A program made the position numbers and the translations under genes. This document shows, piece after piece, positions 23,801 to 37,499 of a stretch of 64,000 nt of DNA. Source of the stretch: Mobula birostris (taxonomy: Eukaryota). The notes under the pieces were generated by a model. That model saw only the letters and a program-made list of their open reading frames with translations. It did no database searches and had not been told where the DNA came from. The DNA lies in NCBI RefSeq assembly GCF_030028105.1, contig NC_092379.1, positions 19,817,309-19,881,308 on the forward strand, given 5' to 3'. Position 1 is the first letter of the stretch; every line of letters starts with the position of its first letter.

Positions 23801-24170
23801 TCAGACTTCTGGTAATGCCCCACACCCCCTTCACCATCTCATACCCCCTTTTCCATCTATCACCTCCCTCTGCTATCCTCCCCACTTTTCTTTCTTCTAT
23901 GTCCTTCTGTCTCTTTCACCAATCAGCTTCCCAGCTCTTTACTTCATCCTTCCCATTCCAGGTTTCACCAATCACCTTGTGTTTCTTTCTTGCCTCCCCC
24001 ACCTTTTATATCTGCTCCTCAGCTTTTTTTTCTCTAGTCCTGCTGACTGAATCGTCGACTGAATTCTTTCCCATAGATGCTGCCTGGCCTGCTGAGTTCC
24101 TCCAGCATTTTGAGTGTGTTGCTCGGATTTCCGGCATCTGAAGATCTTCTCTTGTTTGTGATCAAATAAG
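20830..24170 (+). mobile_element. Penelope-like retroelement (RT + GIY-YIG), interrupted by an LTR-like insert
   Basis: TIKLANKGGAVVVW, FYFLPKFHKP...GRPNVSACSCPTE, QTKGVAMG..MGPSYACLF, YINDCIGA and the GIY-YIG region RHFTCGSVRVIYCVWCSR..LLYTSKT.RRLGEHLAEHL. Confidence 0.85.
21536..22548 (-). mobile_element. Solo-LTR-like insertion (~1 kb) with internal tandem repeats
   Basis: Splits the Penelope RT. Minus strand begins TGTCACGG and ends ...GCAACCA. Contains (GACTTGGACTTGGAACTTGACTCTC)n at ~21780-22000 and a ~60-bp duplication at 22100-22240. TSD is not clean. Confidence 0.55.
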
Positions 24171-24263
24171 ATAATGATTTTAAAATCTAACACAAAACTA
24201 CTGGTCTATCAGCTACAGTGATCTCTGTCCTCCTGTTTGCTTCTGAGACTTGGACTACCTGTA

Positions 24264-25284
24264 CTCAGTGGTCACTTTATTCGGTACACCTGTACACCTG
24301 CTCATTAATCGAGGGAGTTAGATATGGCCCTTGTGGCTAAACGAATCGGGGGTATGGAGGGAAGGCTGGTACAGGGTTCTGAGTTGGATGATCAGCCATG
24401 ATCATACTGAATGGTGGTGCAGGCTCGAAGGGCCGAATGGCCTACTCCTGCACCTATTTTCTATGTTTCTATGTTAATGCAAATATATAATCAGCCAATC
24501 ATGTGGTAGCAACTTAATGCATAAAAGCATGCAGGCATGGTCAAGAGGTTCAGTTGTAGTTCTGACCAAACATCAGAATGGCGAAGAAATGTGATCTAAG
24601 TTGTAACGAGAGAACTATGGATGGTGGTGAATCCAAGTGCAGAGTAATGTCTAGAATTAACTCAGACTAGAAATAAACAAGACAAAGCAAATGAAATCCA
24701 AAGGCGAATTCACAAACAGTGGAACTAGAAATGGTACTCTTATGATTGAGCACTGAGTGCTCAGCATGAGGCCTTTAAGTACAGACTTTCCATGATGGAA
24801 TGTGGTAGGCAATAATTGGCAGTCTGACTCTAAAAGGGACAGCGGCAGCTACCCATGTTCCGGGGAACTGGAGTGCCAAAACTTGGATGCCTGCTGCTGC
24901 TCATCTGGATCATGACACAAAGTGATTTTGTCGATGGACTGATTGTTGGTGCCAGACAGGGTGGTTTAAGCATCTCAGAAACTGCTGATCTCCTGGGATA
25001 TTCGTGCAGAACAGTCTCTAGAGTTTATAAGAAATGGTGTGAAAAGCAAGAAACATCCAGTGAGTGGAAGTTCTGTGGGTGACAACACCTTGAGAGAGGT
25101 CAGAGGAAAATGGCCAGAGTGGTTCGAACTGACAGGAAGACTCAAATAACCATGTGTTTCAACAGTGGTGCGCAGAAGAGCATCTTTGAATGCACAACAT
25201 GTTGAATCTTGAAGTGGATGGGCTACAGCAGCAGAAAACCACACCAGGTTTCACTCCTGTACTTAACAAAGTGGCCACTGAATG
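24264..25284 (+). mobile_element. Tc1/mariner-like DNA transposon, internally deleted, with nested inserts
   Basis: TIRs ctcagtggtcactttattcggtac and gtacttaacaaagtggccactgaatg, each flanked by TA. Transposase HTH remnant IVGARQGGLSISETADLLGYSCRTVSRVYKKWCEKQETSS. Confidence 0.85.
24602..24919. mobile_element. 318-bp solo LTR nested in the Tc1 element
   Basis: Ends TGTAACG...TGACACA, with a perfect 4-bp TSD AAGT at 24598-24601 and 24920-24923. Confidence 0.8.
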
Positions 25285-26271
25285 TACATCACACACTGTT
25301 TGTTTATTCAGTTTTGGGATCTGGGGATTGTCGGGAAGGCCAGTGTTAATTGTCCATTCAGGGATGTTCTGGAGGTGGTGGCAAGTGGTGTTACTGAACT
25401 ACGGTAGTCCTTCAGGAGAAAGTGCTCCCACACTGCTGTTGAACAGGGAATTTCTGATTTAGACCCAGTCATTACAAAGTATTGATAGAGTATTTCCAAC
25501 TCTGGATAATGAATGATTTGCTGTTGATGATGTTCTTATGTACTTTGCCTTTGCTAGTTCAGCTGTCCCTTGGTGGAGAGGCCCATTGCCATGACTTGTC
25601 AAAGGCAGTCAGTCTGATCTCATCTCTGGAATTCAGCTCTTTGGCCTGTGCTTGTACCAAGGCTGTGATCAACAAAGAACCAAATGGTCCTGGCAAAACC
25701 TGAACTGGTCACTGGTGATAAGGTTATTTTGTGAGTAAGTGCCACTTGCCAACACTGTCAGCTATGGTTCCCACCACATTACCGAAGATTGTGTAGACTT
25801 GTTTTGCAATTATTGGCTGATTAGATTTGTCCCTTATATTGAGAGTGGACATACAGTGCAATTTTTCCGATTCTTGTGTAGATGTCAGTCTTGTATCTGT
25901 ACTGGAGAAGTTCATCTGGAGCAACCCATCTAATGAGATTGGGCCAGAGCACAAATGTTCTGCTTTCAGCAGAAATAAGCACTAACTTGAATCTGAGCCC
26001 AATTCTACTTTATTCCCAAGAAATACCAATATTAAATTTTGGTTCACGACAGCTTTGTGCTGTTTCTCTCCAGAGGACATTTGTCTCCATGATTGCATGG
26101 ACCCGTTCGCTCTTCAGACTTTCAGCCCCATTAGTCAATCCTCTTTTACAAGGATGTTGCCTGAGCTTGAGGATCTGAGTTATAGGGAAAGGCTGAATAG
26201 GTCAGGACTTTATTCACTGGAGGGGAGGAGAATGAGGGGAGATTTGACAGAAGTATACAAAATTATGAGTA

Positions 26272-26657
26272 TAGATTATGAAGACATGCAGTCCTCCTTT
26301 ATTGTCATTTAGTAATGCATGCATTAAGAAATGATACAATATTTCCTCCGGTGTGATATCACAAAACACAGGACAGACCAAGACTGAAAAAACTAACAAA
26401 ACCACATAATTATAACATATAGTTACAACAGTGCAATGATACCATAACTTGATGAAGAAGTCCATGAGCACAGCAAAAAGTTCAAAGTCTCTCAAATGTC
26501 CCACACCTCACTCAGACAGGAGAAGGAAGAAAAACTCTCCCTGCCATACCCGACCACAGTCCGACTCTGAATCATCCGAAAACTTCGAGCCTCCGATCAG
26601 CTCTCCGACACCGAGTACTGAGCGCCATCTCTATCTGAACGATTCGACCTCAATCTC
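26272..26657 (-). mobile_element. 5'-truncated copy of the non-autonomous retroposon seen at 44163-44833, inserted in a CR1 3' end
   Basis: Reverse complement aligns by eye with 44400-44830 (ggctcgaagttttcgga; ataactatatgttataattatgtggttttg; aaatgacaataaa). The CR1 fragment at 26130-27000 is split by it. Confidence 0.8.
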
Positions 26658-28379
26658 GGGTAAATATAAGCAGACTTTTTCCACTGAAGTTTGGTGAGAC
26701 TAGAACTAGAGGTCATGGGTTAAGAATGAAAGTTGAAATGTTTAAGGGAAACAATAGGGGGAACTTCTCCACTCAGACGGTGGCAATAGTGCGGAATGTG
26801 CTGTCAGTGGAACTGGTGGATGTGGGTTCAATTTCAACATTTAAGAGAAATTTGGATCGGTACATGGAGAGCTGTGGTCTGGGTACGGGTCGATGCGACT
26901 AGGCAGATTAATAGTTTGGCATAGACTAGATGGGCTGAAGCATCTGTTTCTGTGTTGTAGTGTTCTAGTTTCTATGACTCTACAAGAATTGCTTATTGGT
27001 ATTGGCCCTAAATAAATAAAATGTATCTTCAGTAGCATGCTTTTTCTTTTTAAAAAGTCCTTTTCCTCTAGAATATCCCTTGTTCAGATTAAGTCAAACT
27101 GGTATCTCCTACAGGAAGCCTGAGAAGGATATAGCCTCTATATCACTGCCCAGTTTCGTCTACCTGTCAAGAATGAAAATATGAAATGTGTTTCTGGTAA
27201 ATCAACAGCTGCACACAGAGATTCTGTTCAAATTTATCCCGTGCACTGAGTGTCAAAAGGAGCTTGTTCAGCCCTCCAGTCTTGAGCATTTCCATGGAGA
27301 ATTCCAAATATCCAATGCCCTGAATATCCTGGCACTGGAATAAACAGAAGAAGCAACAGATTCTCTGTTATTCTTCTGCACCGTTCTTCAAGGATTTTAA
27401 ACTTCCCAATTACACTAGCCTTCAATTTTCCACACTTCAGGGACCAAAGACCAGACCTAATATTCCATCCCAGTCCCAATTGCACTTCACTGTGCCTCAT
27501 CTACCAAACCTCTTCTCCAAGGAAGACATATTCTTCCTGAGGGTTGATGCCAAGAATCACAGCCAGTGCTCCACATATGGTCTAATTCGATCTCTACTCC
27601 ATAGCAGTGTAATATCCACCCCCTCCGTATCCCTGTTTTCCCCATTAACTGCAGCACATTGAGACCTTTAGCTTAAATTCATCCTTAGGATTAATTGGAA
27701 CCCAAACCTGCCAGTGGTCTCTCAGCAAAAGTAAACCTTCCACATTCCCTCTCTGTCCACTGGGATTGGTTATTCCCTTATGGAATCTGTGTCAGTCAGC
27801 TGACACAGCAGAAACAAGACCTGTCCAAACAACAACCTCTGTGACTGTGGGTCATTTACTTCCTTATGTTTCTCACCACACATTAGTATTTTCGTATGTC
27901 CCTGACTCAGTCTACCTTTGGCTTGTATTCATTACAGGTTGTTTAAACTTAGAGTCATAGAAACTGACCCTTTGGCCCATTTAGTCTATGCTGAACCATT
28001 TAAATTGACTCCCGTTGATTTGTGCTGGGACTATAGCTTTCCATACCCCCACCAGCCATGTACCTATCCAAACTTCTCTTAAATGTAGAAATTGAGCTTT
28101 AAATGCACCACTTGTGCTTGCAACTCATTCAACACTCTCTCAACCCTCTGAGTGAAGAAGTTTCCCATCATGTTCTCTTTAAACTTTTCACCTTTCACCT
28201 TTAACCCATGACTTCTTGCATTTACCCTATCTATAGCCCTCAAAATATTGTTTATCTTTCTAGGCTTATGGCTGTAGGATAAAAATCTCACAGCTTTGTC
28301 TGAATAGGGACATGGGCCATGCTCTGCTCTACTTTACACCATTGACTATGTGGCAAGGCACAGCTCAAATTCCATTTAC

Positions 28380-28790
28380 AGATTTGTCAATGACTCAACT
28401 GTTGTTGGCAGAAGCTCAGATTGTGAAGAGGAGGCGTACAGGAGTGAGATAAATCAACTAGTTGAGTGATGTCACAATAACAACCTTGCACTCAACGTCA
28501 GTAAGACCAAGGAATTGAATGTAGACTAGGAAGAGGACGTCGAGGGAGTACACACCACTCACAGTCAGGGGAGCAGCAGTGGAAAGGCTTAGTAGTTTCA
28601 AGTTCCCATATGTCATCATCTCTAAGGGTCTCCCCCGGCCCAACATATTGATGCAGTTACAAAGAAGTCACGTCAGTGGCTATATTTCATTTGGAGTTTG
28701 AGATAATTTGTGATATCACCAAAGAGTCTGGTAAATTTGAAAAGATGTAATGTTGAGGGCATTCTAACTGGTTGCATCAATGTCTGGTCC
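28380..28790 (+). mobile_element. Rex1/Babar-like LINE RT fragment
   Basis: FVNDSTVVGR.SDCEEEAYRSEINQLVE and LNVSKTKEL motifs. Confidence 0.65.
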
Positions 28791-31534
28791 CAGGAAGAGA
28801 TAAAGAGAGTGGGAGAGGAAGATGGTGAAGGAAAGGAAACTCAATAGATTTTGTTAATCTCTCGTGACTCTGGTACTGCACAGAGTTAAACGAAACGTAC
28901 AACACAGAAGCAGATTTTGACCAATTATTTCATGTCATTGTTTATTTTCCACACGAACCTCCAGTCATTCCATCTTTGTGCAACTGGGTTAACTTCTCCT
29001 TCTGTTCCCTTTCCCTACATTCACTTCTGTTGGAGAGATCTATATTCTCCCCATCCTCTGGATGAAAAATCCAAATTGGATGATAAGTGATTATTTACAA
29101 TAGTTTTATTCCCCACCACCCCCACCCCTGCAGATGGAAGCATTTTTGTCCTCCACCCAATCAAGTGTTTTTATTTGAGCATCTAAACCTTTCATATATT
29201 ACTAATAAAATCAAAATTTCCCTGTTTGTACAAGAAAAAGCCCAGAAGTTGAATCCTGTACATTCCAGCATCAAGAAGACAGTGTCCCTGCTGGGAGAAT
29301 TTCATGGGACCGGGTAAGGGGAGAGTACAGATTGCTTTTTGTCCAAGTTAAAGCATAGATTTTCATGTCTGTATTAACCTGGGTGAAACTTCATGAACCC
29401 TCAGTTCTGGTTGCTCCATTGTAAGGATGTGGAGGCTTTGCAGAGGGTGTAAAAGACGTTCATGAGCATGTTGCTTAGATCAAAGAATATTGCCTGTAAG
29501 GAGAGTTTGAACAATATTTGACTGTTTACTCTGGAGTGTCGGCTGAGGAGCAACCTGATAGAGGCTGATAAAAGTAGGAGAGTCATGCATAAGGTTGGCA
29601 GTCAGAGTCATTTTCCCAGAGTAAAATGTTATATCCAAAAGGACAGAGATTTAAAGTGAGGGTGTAACATTTAAAGGAGATGTGCGGTGTAAGCTTTTTC
29701 TTTAAACATGGAGAGTTGTAGGTGTCTGTAACACACTGCTGGGGTAATGGTGGAAGCAGCACGACAGGATCTTTAAGATACATTTGAAAAAGCACATTAC
29801 CATTCAGGATATGGAGGGATATGGATTCTGTGCAGATAGTTTGGTTTAGATTAATTTGGTGTTATGGTTGTCACAGTCATCATGGGCTGAAGGGCCTGTT
29901 CCTGTGCTGTACTGTTCTGTGTTGTAGGTTTACTTGAAGCTCAGTAACTATTTGTTATTAATAGCTGACAGATGTCTGAAACTCTGCGATAACATTAACA
30001 CTTCCTCTCAGGTTTCACAAGCAGGTTTAATTTGAGCAGGGGGCCCTCCCAGTGGAGCTGTTTTACTAAAAAGAATAAACACACTGCTCTACACATGGAA
30101 ATGCAATTCTAACATTGTGCTTTGCACCAACAAACAGGTTGACGTTTACCACACAGAATGAGACAAAATGAATCAAAACCAAAGGGCAAAAGATGCAGAG
30201 ACGACAAGACCCTCTGCTTGGTACAGAGCATTTGCCACGTGTCAGAAACGGGCTCACTGTAATGATGATTGACTGTTACTGATTGATTTATTGATTATGT
30301 AATGGAATGAAAGCAGTTCAAATGTATGTACACCTGCATTTTACGTTCTGAAGCAGTTGAGAGAATCCCACCAACAACTTAAAGTGTGTTTGCTCAAACT
30401 GAGCACGGAAGTCCACCCTGATGTCTAATCCAGGTGATCAGATAATTGTGAATTGGTAGCAATAAAATGGAACATAAGGACAAATCAAAAGGTGCCATGG
30501 ACTGCCTTATGAACAATCCATTGATGGGCAGAATCCCGGTGTGACATGCTGGAGCAGATGTTTCCTGATGAGAATGAAGGCTGCCTGGTGAATCAAGTTT
30601 AGACTGAAACAGCAACACAGACCACAATCACTATGGATCACTGTGGGAGCTGGGGGTTATCATTGGCCTGGAAGCCCTCAGGCATGAAGATCAAGGATAA
30701 CAAACGGGTATTCAGAGAGAACCAATAATCTGTTATCCAGTTGTCATTGAAATGTTGTCAGCTGATGAGGTGTGCAAGTATAGATATCAACTAAACTTTT
30801 CTTTCTGACATCTGGACAGTAAACTGTGTAGATTTACTCCTGTAAGGGCCTTGGACCAGTACCTTGCTATTTGATTTTTGTGTTCACCTTGAATAAAATA
30901 AAATCACCTGAACTGATCCGCCTTAACAAGAATCAGCACAGGTTTAAGTTTTGAACAATGAATCCATCAGACAGGCTGGGCAACCCTAGATAAACTCAGT
31001 TAAAGTCTGCATGAACCATTAACCACTGAGTCTGTACTAACCATTACCTACCTATTTACATTAATCCCACTGTTTTAATTCCCTCCCATGTTATCATCAA
31101 TTCCCACATCCAACCTCCACCCACAGAAGATTCTACTCCTCACTTACTCTGATATTTGCTTCATCATTAGTTATGAATGAGATGCTGGAAGGCTGGATGG
31201 TAGCGAACGTCATGCCTTTATTTAATGGCTGCAGGGAAAAAGATTGTGAACCATCCAGCAGTAAGTCTAACCTGTCTGTGGTAGGTAAGTTACTGGACAG
31301 GATTCTGATGGATAAAATATACATGCATCTGGAAAGACGGGTTGACTAGGAGTAGACAGCACAGCTTCGTGCATGGGAGATCATGTCTTATGAATTTGAT
31401 TGAGTTCCACAAGTTCAATGAGAGCAGGGCAGTGGACAAGGTCCATACAGATGTTGGTAAAGCCTCGGATAAAGATCCCATATTGTTGGTTGCTCAGAAA
31501 GATTCCATCATGTGGAATCCATGGAAAGCTGGCT

Positions 31535-32680
31535 TGTGCAATTGGATCCTGGAATTCCTTACCTGTAGACCCCAGTCTGTTCTGATTGGCGACTACGTCC
31601 CCTCCACGGTCTCCACCACACAGGTGCACCATAGGGCAGTGTGCTTAGCCCCTTTTCACTCACTTTACTCCTCTGTGTGGCGAAACACAGCTCCAATTCC
31701 ATTTTGAAGTTTGCTGATGACACTTGCGGGCTGAATCAAATGTGGCAATGATTAGGCATACAGGAGGGAGATTGAAAACTTGGGTGAGTGGTGCCAGAAA
31801 GGCAAACTCTCACTTAATGTCAGCACAACCAAGGAACTGATTGTAGACTTCAGGGAAGGGAAACAAGAGGTCCATGAGCCAGTTCTTATTGGAGGATCAG
31901 AGGTGGAGAAGGTTAGCAACTTTAAATTCTTGGGTGCTATTATTTCAGAAACCCAGTCCTGGACCCAGCACGCAAGTGCAATTGTAAACAAAGCACGACA
32001 GTGCCTCTACTTCCTTTGGAGTCTGTGGAGATCTGACATGAGATCTAAAACTATGACAAACTTCTATGGGTGTGTGGTGGAGACTGTATTGACTGGTTGC
32101 ATCGAGGCCTGCTATGGAATGACCATTGTCTTTGAATAGAAAATCATTCTAAAGGTAGTGGATTGGGCCCAGTACGTCACAGGTAAAGCTCTTCCAACCA
32201 TTGAGCACATCTACATGAAACACTGTTGTAGGAAAGCAACATCTGTCATCAAAGATCCTCACCACCCAGGCCATGCTCTTATCATGCTGTTGCTATCAGG
32301 CAGAAAGTACACATGCCTCAGGACTCACACCACCAGGTTCAAGAACAGTTACTACCCTTCAACCATCAGGCTCTTGGACAAAGGGGATAGCTACATTCAC
32401 TTGCCCATCCACTGAGATGTTCCAATAATCAATGATTCCCACCCTAAGGCCTTTATCTTTTATCTCATGTTCTCATCATTTATTGCTATCTATTTATATT
32501 TGTATTTGCAGTTTGCTTGTTTTCTGCATTCTCGTTGATCTTCCACTGACCCTGTTATAGTTACTATTCTATTGATTTGCTGAGTATGCCCTCAGGAAAA
32601 TGAGTATCAGGATTGTATATGTTGACATATCTGTACTTTGATAATAAAATTTTCTTTGACTTTACTTTGATTGGATACAG
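31535..32680 (+). mobile_element. Rex1/Babar-like LINE 3' half
   Basis: LCNWILEFLTCRPQSV, KFADDT, LNVSTTKELIVDFR, HPGHALIMLLLSGRKY and RTHTTRFKNSYYPSTIRLL. Confidence 0.8.
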
Positions 32681-32859
32681 AATTGGCTCCATGGTAGGAA
32701 ACAGAGTGATGGTGTCAGGTTGTTTCTCGGACTGGAGGCCTGTGACAAATCGTGCACCTCAGGGGTCAGTGATATGCCCTTTGCTGGTTGTCGTCTACAT
32801 CAATCACCTTGAAAAGAATATACAAGGCTTGGTTACTAAGCTGGCAGATGACTTTTAAA

Positions 32860-33600
32860 TAAGACCATCAGACAAATGAGCAGAATTAGTCTATTTGGCC
32901 CATTCATTCTCCTCCATTATCCCGATCAAACCCATTCTCCTGCCATCTCCCCATAACCATTGACACCCAGATTATTCAACCTCCAGTTTAAATATACCAA
33001 ATGACTTGGCCTACATAGCCATTTGTGGGAATGATTGCCACAGATTCATTGTCTTCTGGCTAAAAAAAAAATTCCTTGTCTCTGTTCTAAATGGATGTCG
33101 CTCTATTTTGAGGCTATACCCTCTGGTCCTAGACTCTCGAACTGTTGGAAACATTCTCTCCACATCCACTCTGTCTAGGCTGTTGGGTATTGGATAGATT
33201 TCATTGAGATTCCCCCTCATTCTTCTAAACATGTAAGTACAGGCTCAGTGCCATAAAATACTCCTCATATTAAAACCCTTTCATCCCTGGGATTATTCTT
33301 GTGAACCTCCTCTGAACTCGCTCCAATGCCAGCACATTTTTTCTTAAATAAGGAGCCCAATACTCTAGCTGCTGTCTGACCAATTGCTTATAAAGCCTCA
33401 GCATTACATCATTGTCTTTGCGTTCTAGTCCTCTCAAAATGAGTGCTAACATTGCATTTGCGTTCTTTACCACCGACTCAACCTGCTTGATAACCTTAGT
33501 AAATCCTGCACAAAGACTCTCAAGCCCCTTTGTACCTGTGATTTTGGAATTTTCTCCCGCATGGAAAATAGTCCATGTTTTTATTCCTTCCACTCTGCAT
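32860..33600 (-). mobile_element. CR1 LINE 3' fragment
   Basis: MLRLYKQLVRQQLEYWAPYLRKNVLALERVQRRFTRIIPG and MRGNLNEIY. Confidence 0.8.
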
Positions 33601-34079
33601 GCACTAAGGTTATTGCATGAACTTGAAGTAGGAGACAAAAAGCTGCTTGTAAAGTAGTTACAAAGACCAAAGCTCAACTAGATGAATGGAAGGACAAAAA
33701 TAAAGGAGTCAATGGAGAAATGAAAACAGAGGATTTGTCAGATATTGTGGATGAGGAAACTAAGACAGATCAGATTGTGAAGGGAGCAATAGAAGGATTA
33801 ATAAAAGATTACTCCAGTGAACTAAATGTACCTTCCCAAGATCAAAATGCACAAACTAGAAAGAAGAAAGAGATTACAAAAGTGCTATAGAAATGGAAGA
33901 GGATAAACATGACTGAATTTCTTGAGAAATTAGCAAATTCAGAGATACTCACAAACTAGAGGAAGAAATAGGAAGGTGAGTAAAAGAAAGTCTGAAGTTG
34001 AAAAGGAGAGAAGCAAGAATTGAAGTAGATCCAGAGGAAAGGCGAGAAAAGAAGAAGAAAGGTGTCCAGAGACAACAGA

Positions 34080-34627
34080 ACAGTTTCCTGCAGTCTCAGA
34101 GTCAGCTCCTAAAACCACCATGGTGGAGGCCCCTGAACCTGAGATTGTTTCATAGCCTGCCAAGCAGAGTGATCCCCCAACATCCCCATCCCATGTCAGG
34201 AAAGCCATTATCTCACAAGTGTAAGAAATCCTCCACAATGATTAAATCTGGGACAATTTAAAATTGTCTATGTTGTGGATGTCTGTATATAGTAGTTGTA
34301 TTATACGGTATACTCTGGATATAGTTGAGATGCATCCTCTGTTGAGTTGGAATTTATAGCTATGCAGGGAGGAGTGCGGCATGTTTAATATTTCAGTAAT
34401 ATTTGAATAATCTTATATACATATCACTTGCTTAAGCATTCTTGTTTGTTTAAATAAGTCATTATGGATTATATGTATAAATATGTGAACTTCAAACGTC
34501 ATCATGCTACCAGGCGATATGTGTACAACTCACTTAAAGTAAAGAACAAACTAAGACTCTGAGATATTTCAAACTCCAGTATCTTCCTTTGAATTAGTTT
34601 AATGTTTTCAAGTTACGAAACATAACA
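34080..34627 (+). mobile_element. Gypsy LTR retrotransposon 3' remnant (pol C-terminus, PPT, 3' LTR 34375-34627)
   Basis: Decayed CQESHYLTSVRNPPQ*LNL, typical of Gypsy pol ends; purine tract agggaggag then TG...; ends ...ACATAACA. Confidence 0.6.
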
Positions 34628-34889
34628 GCAGCACAGAGTTACTGACAGCCAACCGAAAAGGCACCTTTATTCTCACTCTTTGCTTCTGGCCAGTCAGCCA
34701 ATCATCTATCCATGCTAGTATCTTTCCTGTAAAACCGTGGGCTCTTATCTGTTAAGCAGCTTCATGTTCTGCAACTTGTCAAAAGTCATCTGAAAATCCA
34801 TGTACACTACATCCACCAATTCACCTTTGTCTATCCTGCCCATTATTTCCTCAAAAAATTCCAACAGATTTGTCAGGCAAGATGTCATG

Positions 34890-37313
34890 GCTGTGCTCCA
34901 TCAGAACAGACTGGAGAACTCGTCTTGTGAGATGTTATGAGTGGAACTGAGAAATGCGAAAGGTATGACCATATTAATTGGCACTAATACAGACCACACA
35001 ACAATCCCAGAGATTTAAAGGAACAAATTTGTAAAAAGATCGCAGACTGTTGCAAGAAACAGAAGGTTGTTATAGTAGGTGATTTTAACTTTCTACATAT
35101 TGGCTGTGAATCCCATACTGTAAAAGGACTAGATGGGATCAAATTTGTCAAATGTGCTCGGGAAAGTTTCCTTCATCAGTATGTAGAACTCTCAACGAGG
35201 GAGTGTGCAATACTGGATCTGCTACTAAGGAATGAGATGGGGCAGGTGACATAAGTTTGTGTATGGGAATTCTTTGCATCTAGTGACCACAATGCCATTA
35301 GTTTCAATGTAAATATGTGAAAAGACAGATCTGGTCCATGGGTTGAGATTCTAAATTGGAGAAAGGCCAATCTTGATGGTATCAGCAATGTGGACTGGGA
35401 CCAGCTGTTTTCTGGCAAAGGTGTACTTGGTAAGTGGGAGGCATAGAAAGCGAAATTTTGAGAGTACAAAGCTTGTATGTGCCTGTCAGAATAATAGGTA
35501 AAGATAACAAGTGTAGGGGACCTTGGTTTTCAAGTGATTAAGAGAAAAAAGGAGGTGCATCAGCAGGTATAGGCAGGTAGGAAAAAATGAGATGCTATGG
35601 AGTATAAGAAATGCAAGAGAACACTTCAGAAAGAAATCAAGAGAGCTAAAAGAAGGCATGAAGTTGATCGAGCAGACAAGCTGAAGGAAAATCCTAAAGC
35701 ATTCTACTGATATGTTAAGAGCAAAAGAATTGCAAAGGACAAAATTGATTCCTCTGGAAGACCAGAATGGTAATTCATGTGTGGAGCCAAAACAGATGGA
35801 GGAGATCTTAAATACTTTATTTGCATCTGTATTCACACGGAGTCTATAGAAATGAAACTAAGGGGCATTAGCTTCATGGACCCTGTACAGATTACAGAGG
35901 TGGAAGTGTTTGTTTTGAGGTAAATCAAGGTTGATAAATCCTCAGGGCCAGATAAGGTGTTTCCTTGGACCCTATGGGAGGCAAGTGCAGAAATTGCCTG
36001 GGCCCTAGCAGAGATATTTAAGTCATCCTTAGCATCAGGAGAAGTACCAGAGGATTGGAAGTATGCCGTAGGGCTTGAAGCATAAACCAGGAAGTTATAG
36101 CCTGGTGAGTCTGACATCATTGTGGGAAAATCATTGGAAGGTATTCTGATGGACTCCGTATATACGTATTTGGATAGACACAGACTGATTAAAGATAGTT
36201 GGTATGGCTTCATGTGTGGTAGGTCATCTCTAACCAATCTTTTGAGGAAGTTATCAGAAAAATGGATGAAGTCAAGGAAGTGGATGCTGTCTATATGGAC
36301 TTTAGCAAGGTATTTGACAAAGTCCCACATCAGAGATTGTTCAAGAAGGTTCAGTCACTTGATGTTCAAGATGAGGTAGTAAATTGGATTAGACATTGGC
36401 TTTGTGGAAGAATCTAGAGAGTGGTAGTAGATGGTTGCCTCTCTGACTGGAGGCCTGTGACTAGAGGTGTACCACAGAGATCAGTGCTAGGTCCTTTATT
36501 GTTTGTTATCTACATCAGTGATCTGGATGATAATACGGTTAACTGGATCAGCAAATTTGCAGATGACACTGATTGGGGATGTAGTAGACAGTGAGGACCC
36601 CTCTCATGCCTTGCAGAAGGATCTGCATCAGCTGGAGAAATGTGCTGAAAAATAGCAGATGAAATTTAATTCAGACAAGTGTGAGGTTGGTCCAACCAGT
36701 GGAGGTCTTGCAGAGTGAACAGTAGAGCACTAAGGAGTGCGATAGAACAGAGGGATCTGGGAATAAAGTTCCATAATTCATTGAAAGTGGAGCCAGATGT
36801 ACTGTAGATAGGGTTGTAAAGAAAGCTTTTGTCACATTGGCCTTCATAAATCAAAATTTTGAGGACAGGAGATGAGATGTTATGTTGAAGTTGTATAAGA
36901 TGTTGGTGAGGCCTGACGTGGAGTATTGTGTGTTGTTTTGGCCACCTGCCTACAGGAAAGATGTAAACAAGGTTGAAAGAGTACAGAGAAATTTTACAAT
37001 GATGTTTCCAGTTCTGGAGGACCTGAGGTACAAGGAAAGATTGAATTGGTTCAGTCTGTATTCATTAGAACAGAAAAAATTGAAAGGAGATTTGATAAAG
37101 GTATACAAAATTATGAGGGGTATTGATAGGGTAAATGCAAGCAGGCTTTTTGCACTCAAGTTGGTTGGGACTACACCTAGAGGTCATGGGTTGAGGGTGA
37201 AAGATGTAAAGTTTAAGAGGAACATGAGGGGAAACTTCTTCCTTCAGAGTGTGGAATTAGCTGCCAGCATACATGGTGCCTCTGAGCTCGATTTCAACAT
37301 TTAAGAGTAGTTT

Positions 37314-37354
<41 letters not shown>

Positions 37355-37490
37355 TGATAGGGGGTATGGAGGGCTATGGTCTATAGTCCAGGTGCAGGTT
37401 AATGGGTATAGGGAGTTTAAATGGTTTCAGCATGGACTAGGTGGGCTGAAGGTCCTGTTTCTGTGCTGTACATCTCTCGTCTCTATGACT
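34890..37490 (+). mobile_element. CR1 LINE (APE-RT-3' UTR), decayed
   Basis: [30 protein letters not shown] and MLKLYKMLVRPDVEYCVLFW. Confidence 0.85.
37316..37352. repeat. (TA)n microsatellite, ~18 units
   Basis: Direct reading of the sequence. Confidence 0.98.
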
Positions 37491-37499
37491 TAAGAAAAC

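Noticed and set aside
27072-27198. Plus-strand exon-like segment with a strong polypyrimidine tract and a GT donor
   Set aside because: All three frames hit stops and nothing is recognisable; unsupported without RNA data.
33610-34080. Purine-rich, charged-residue coding-like stretch
   Set aside because: Multiple stops and no assignable family; probably transposon debris, left unannotated.
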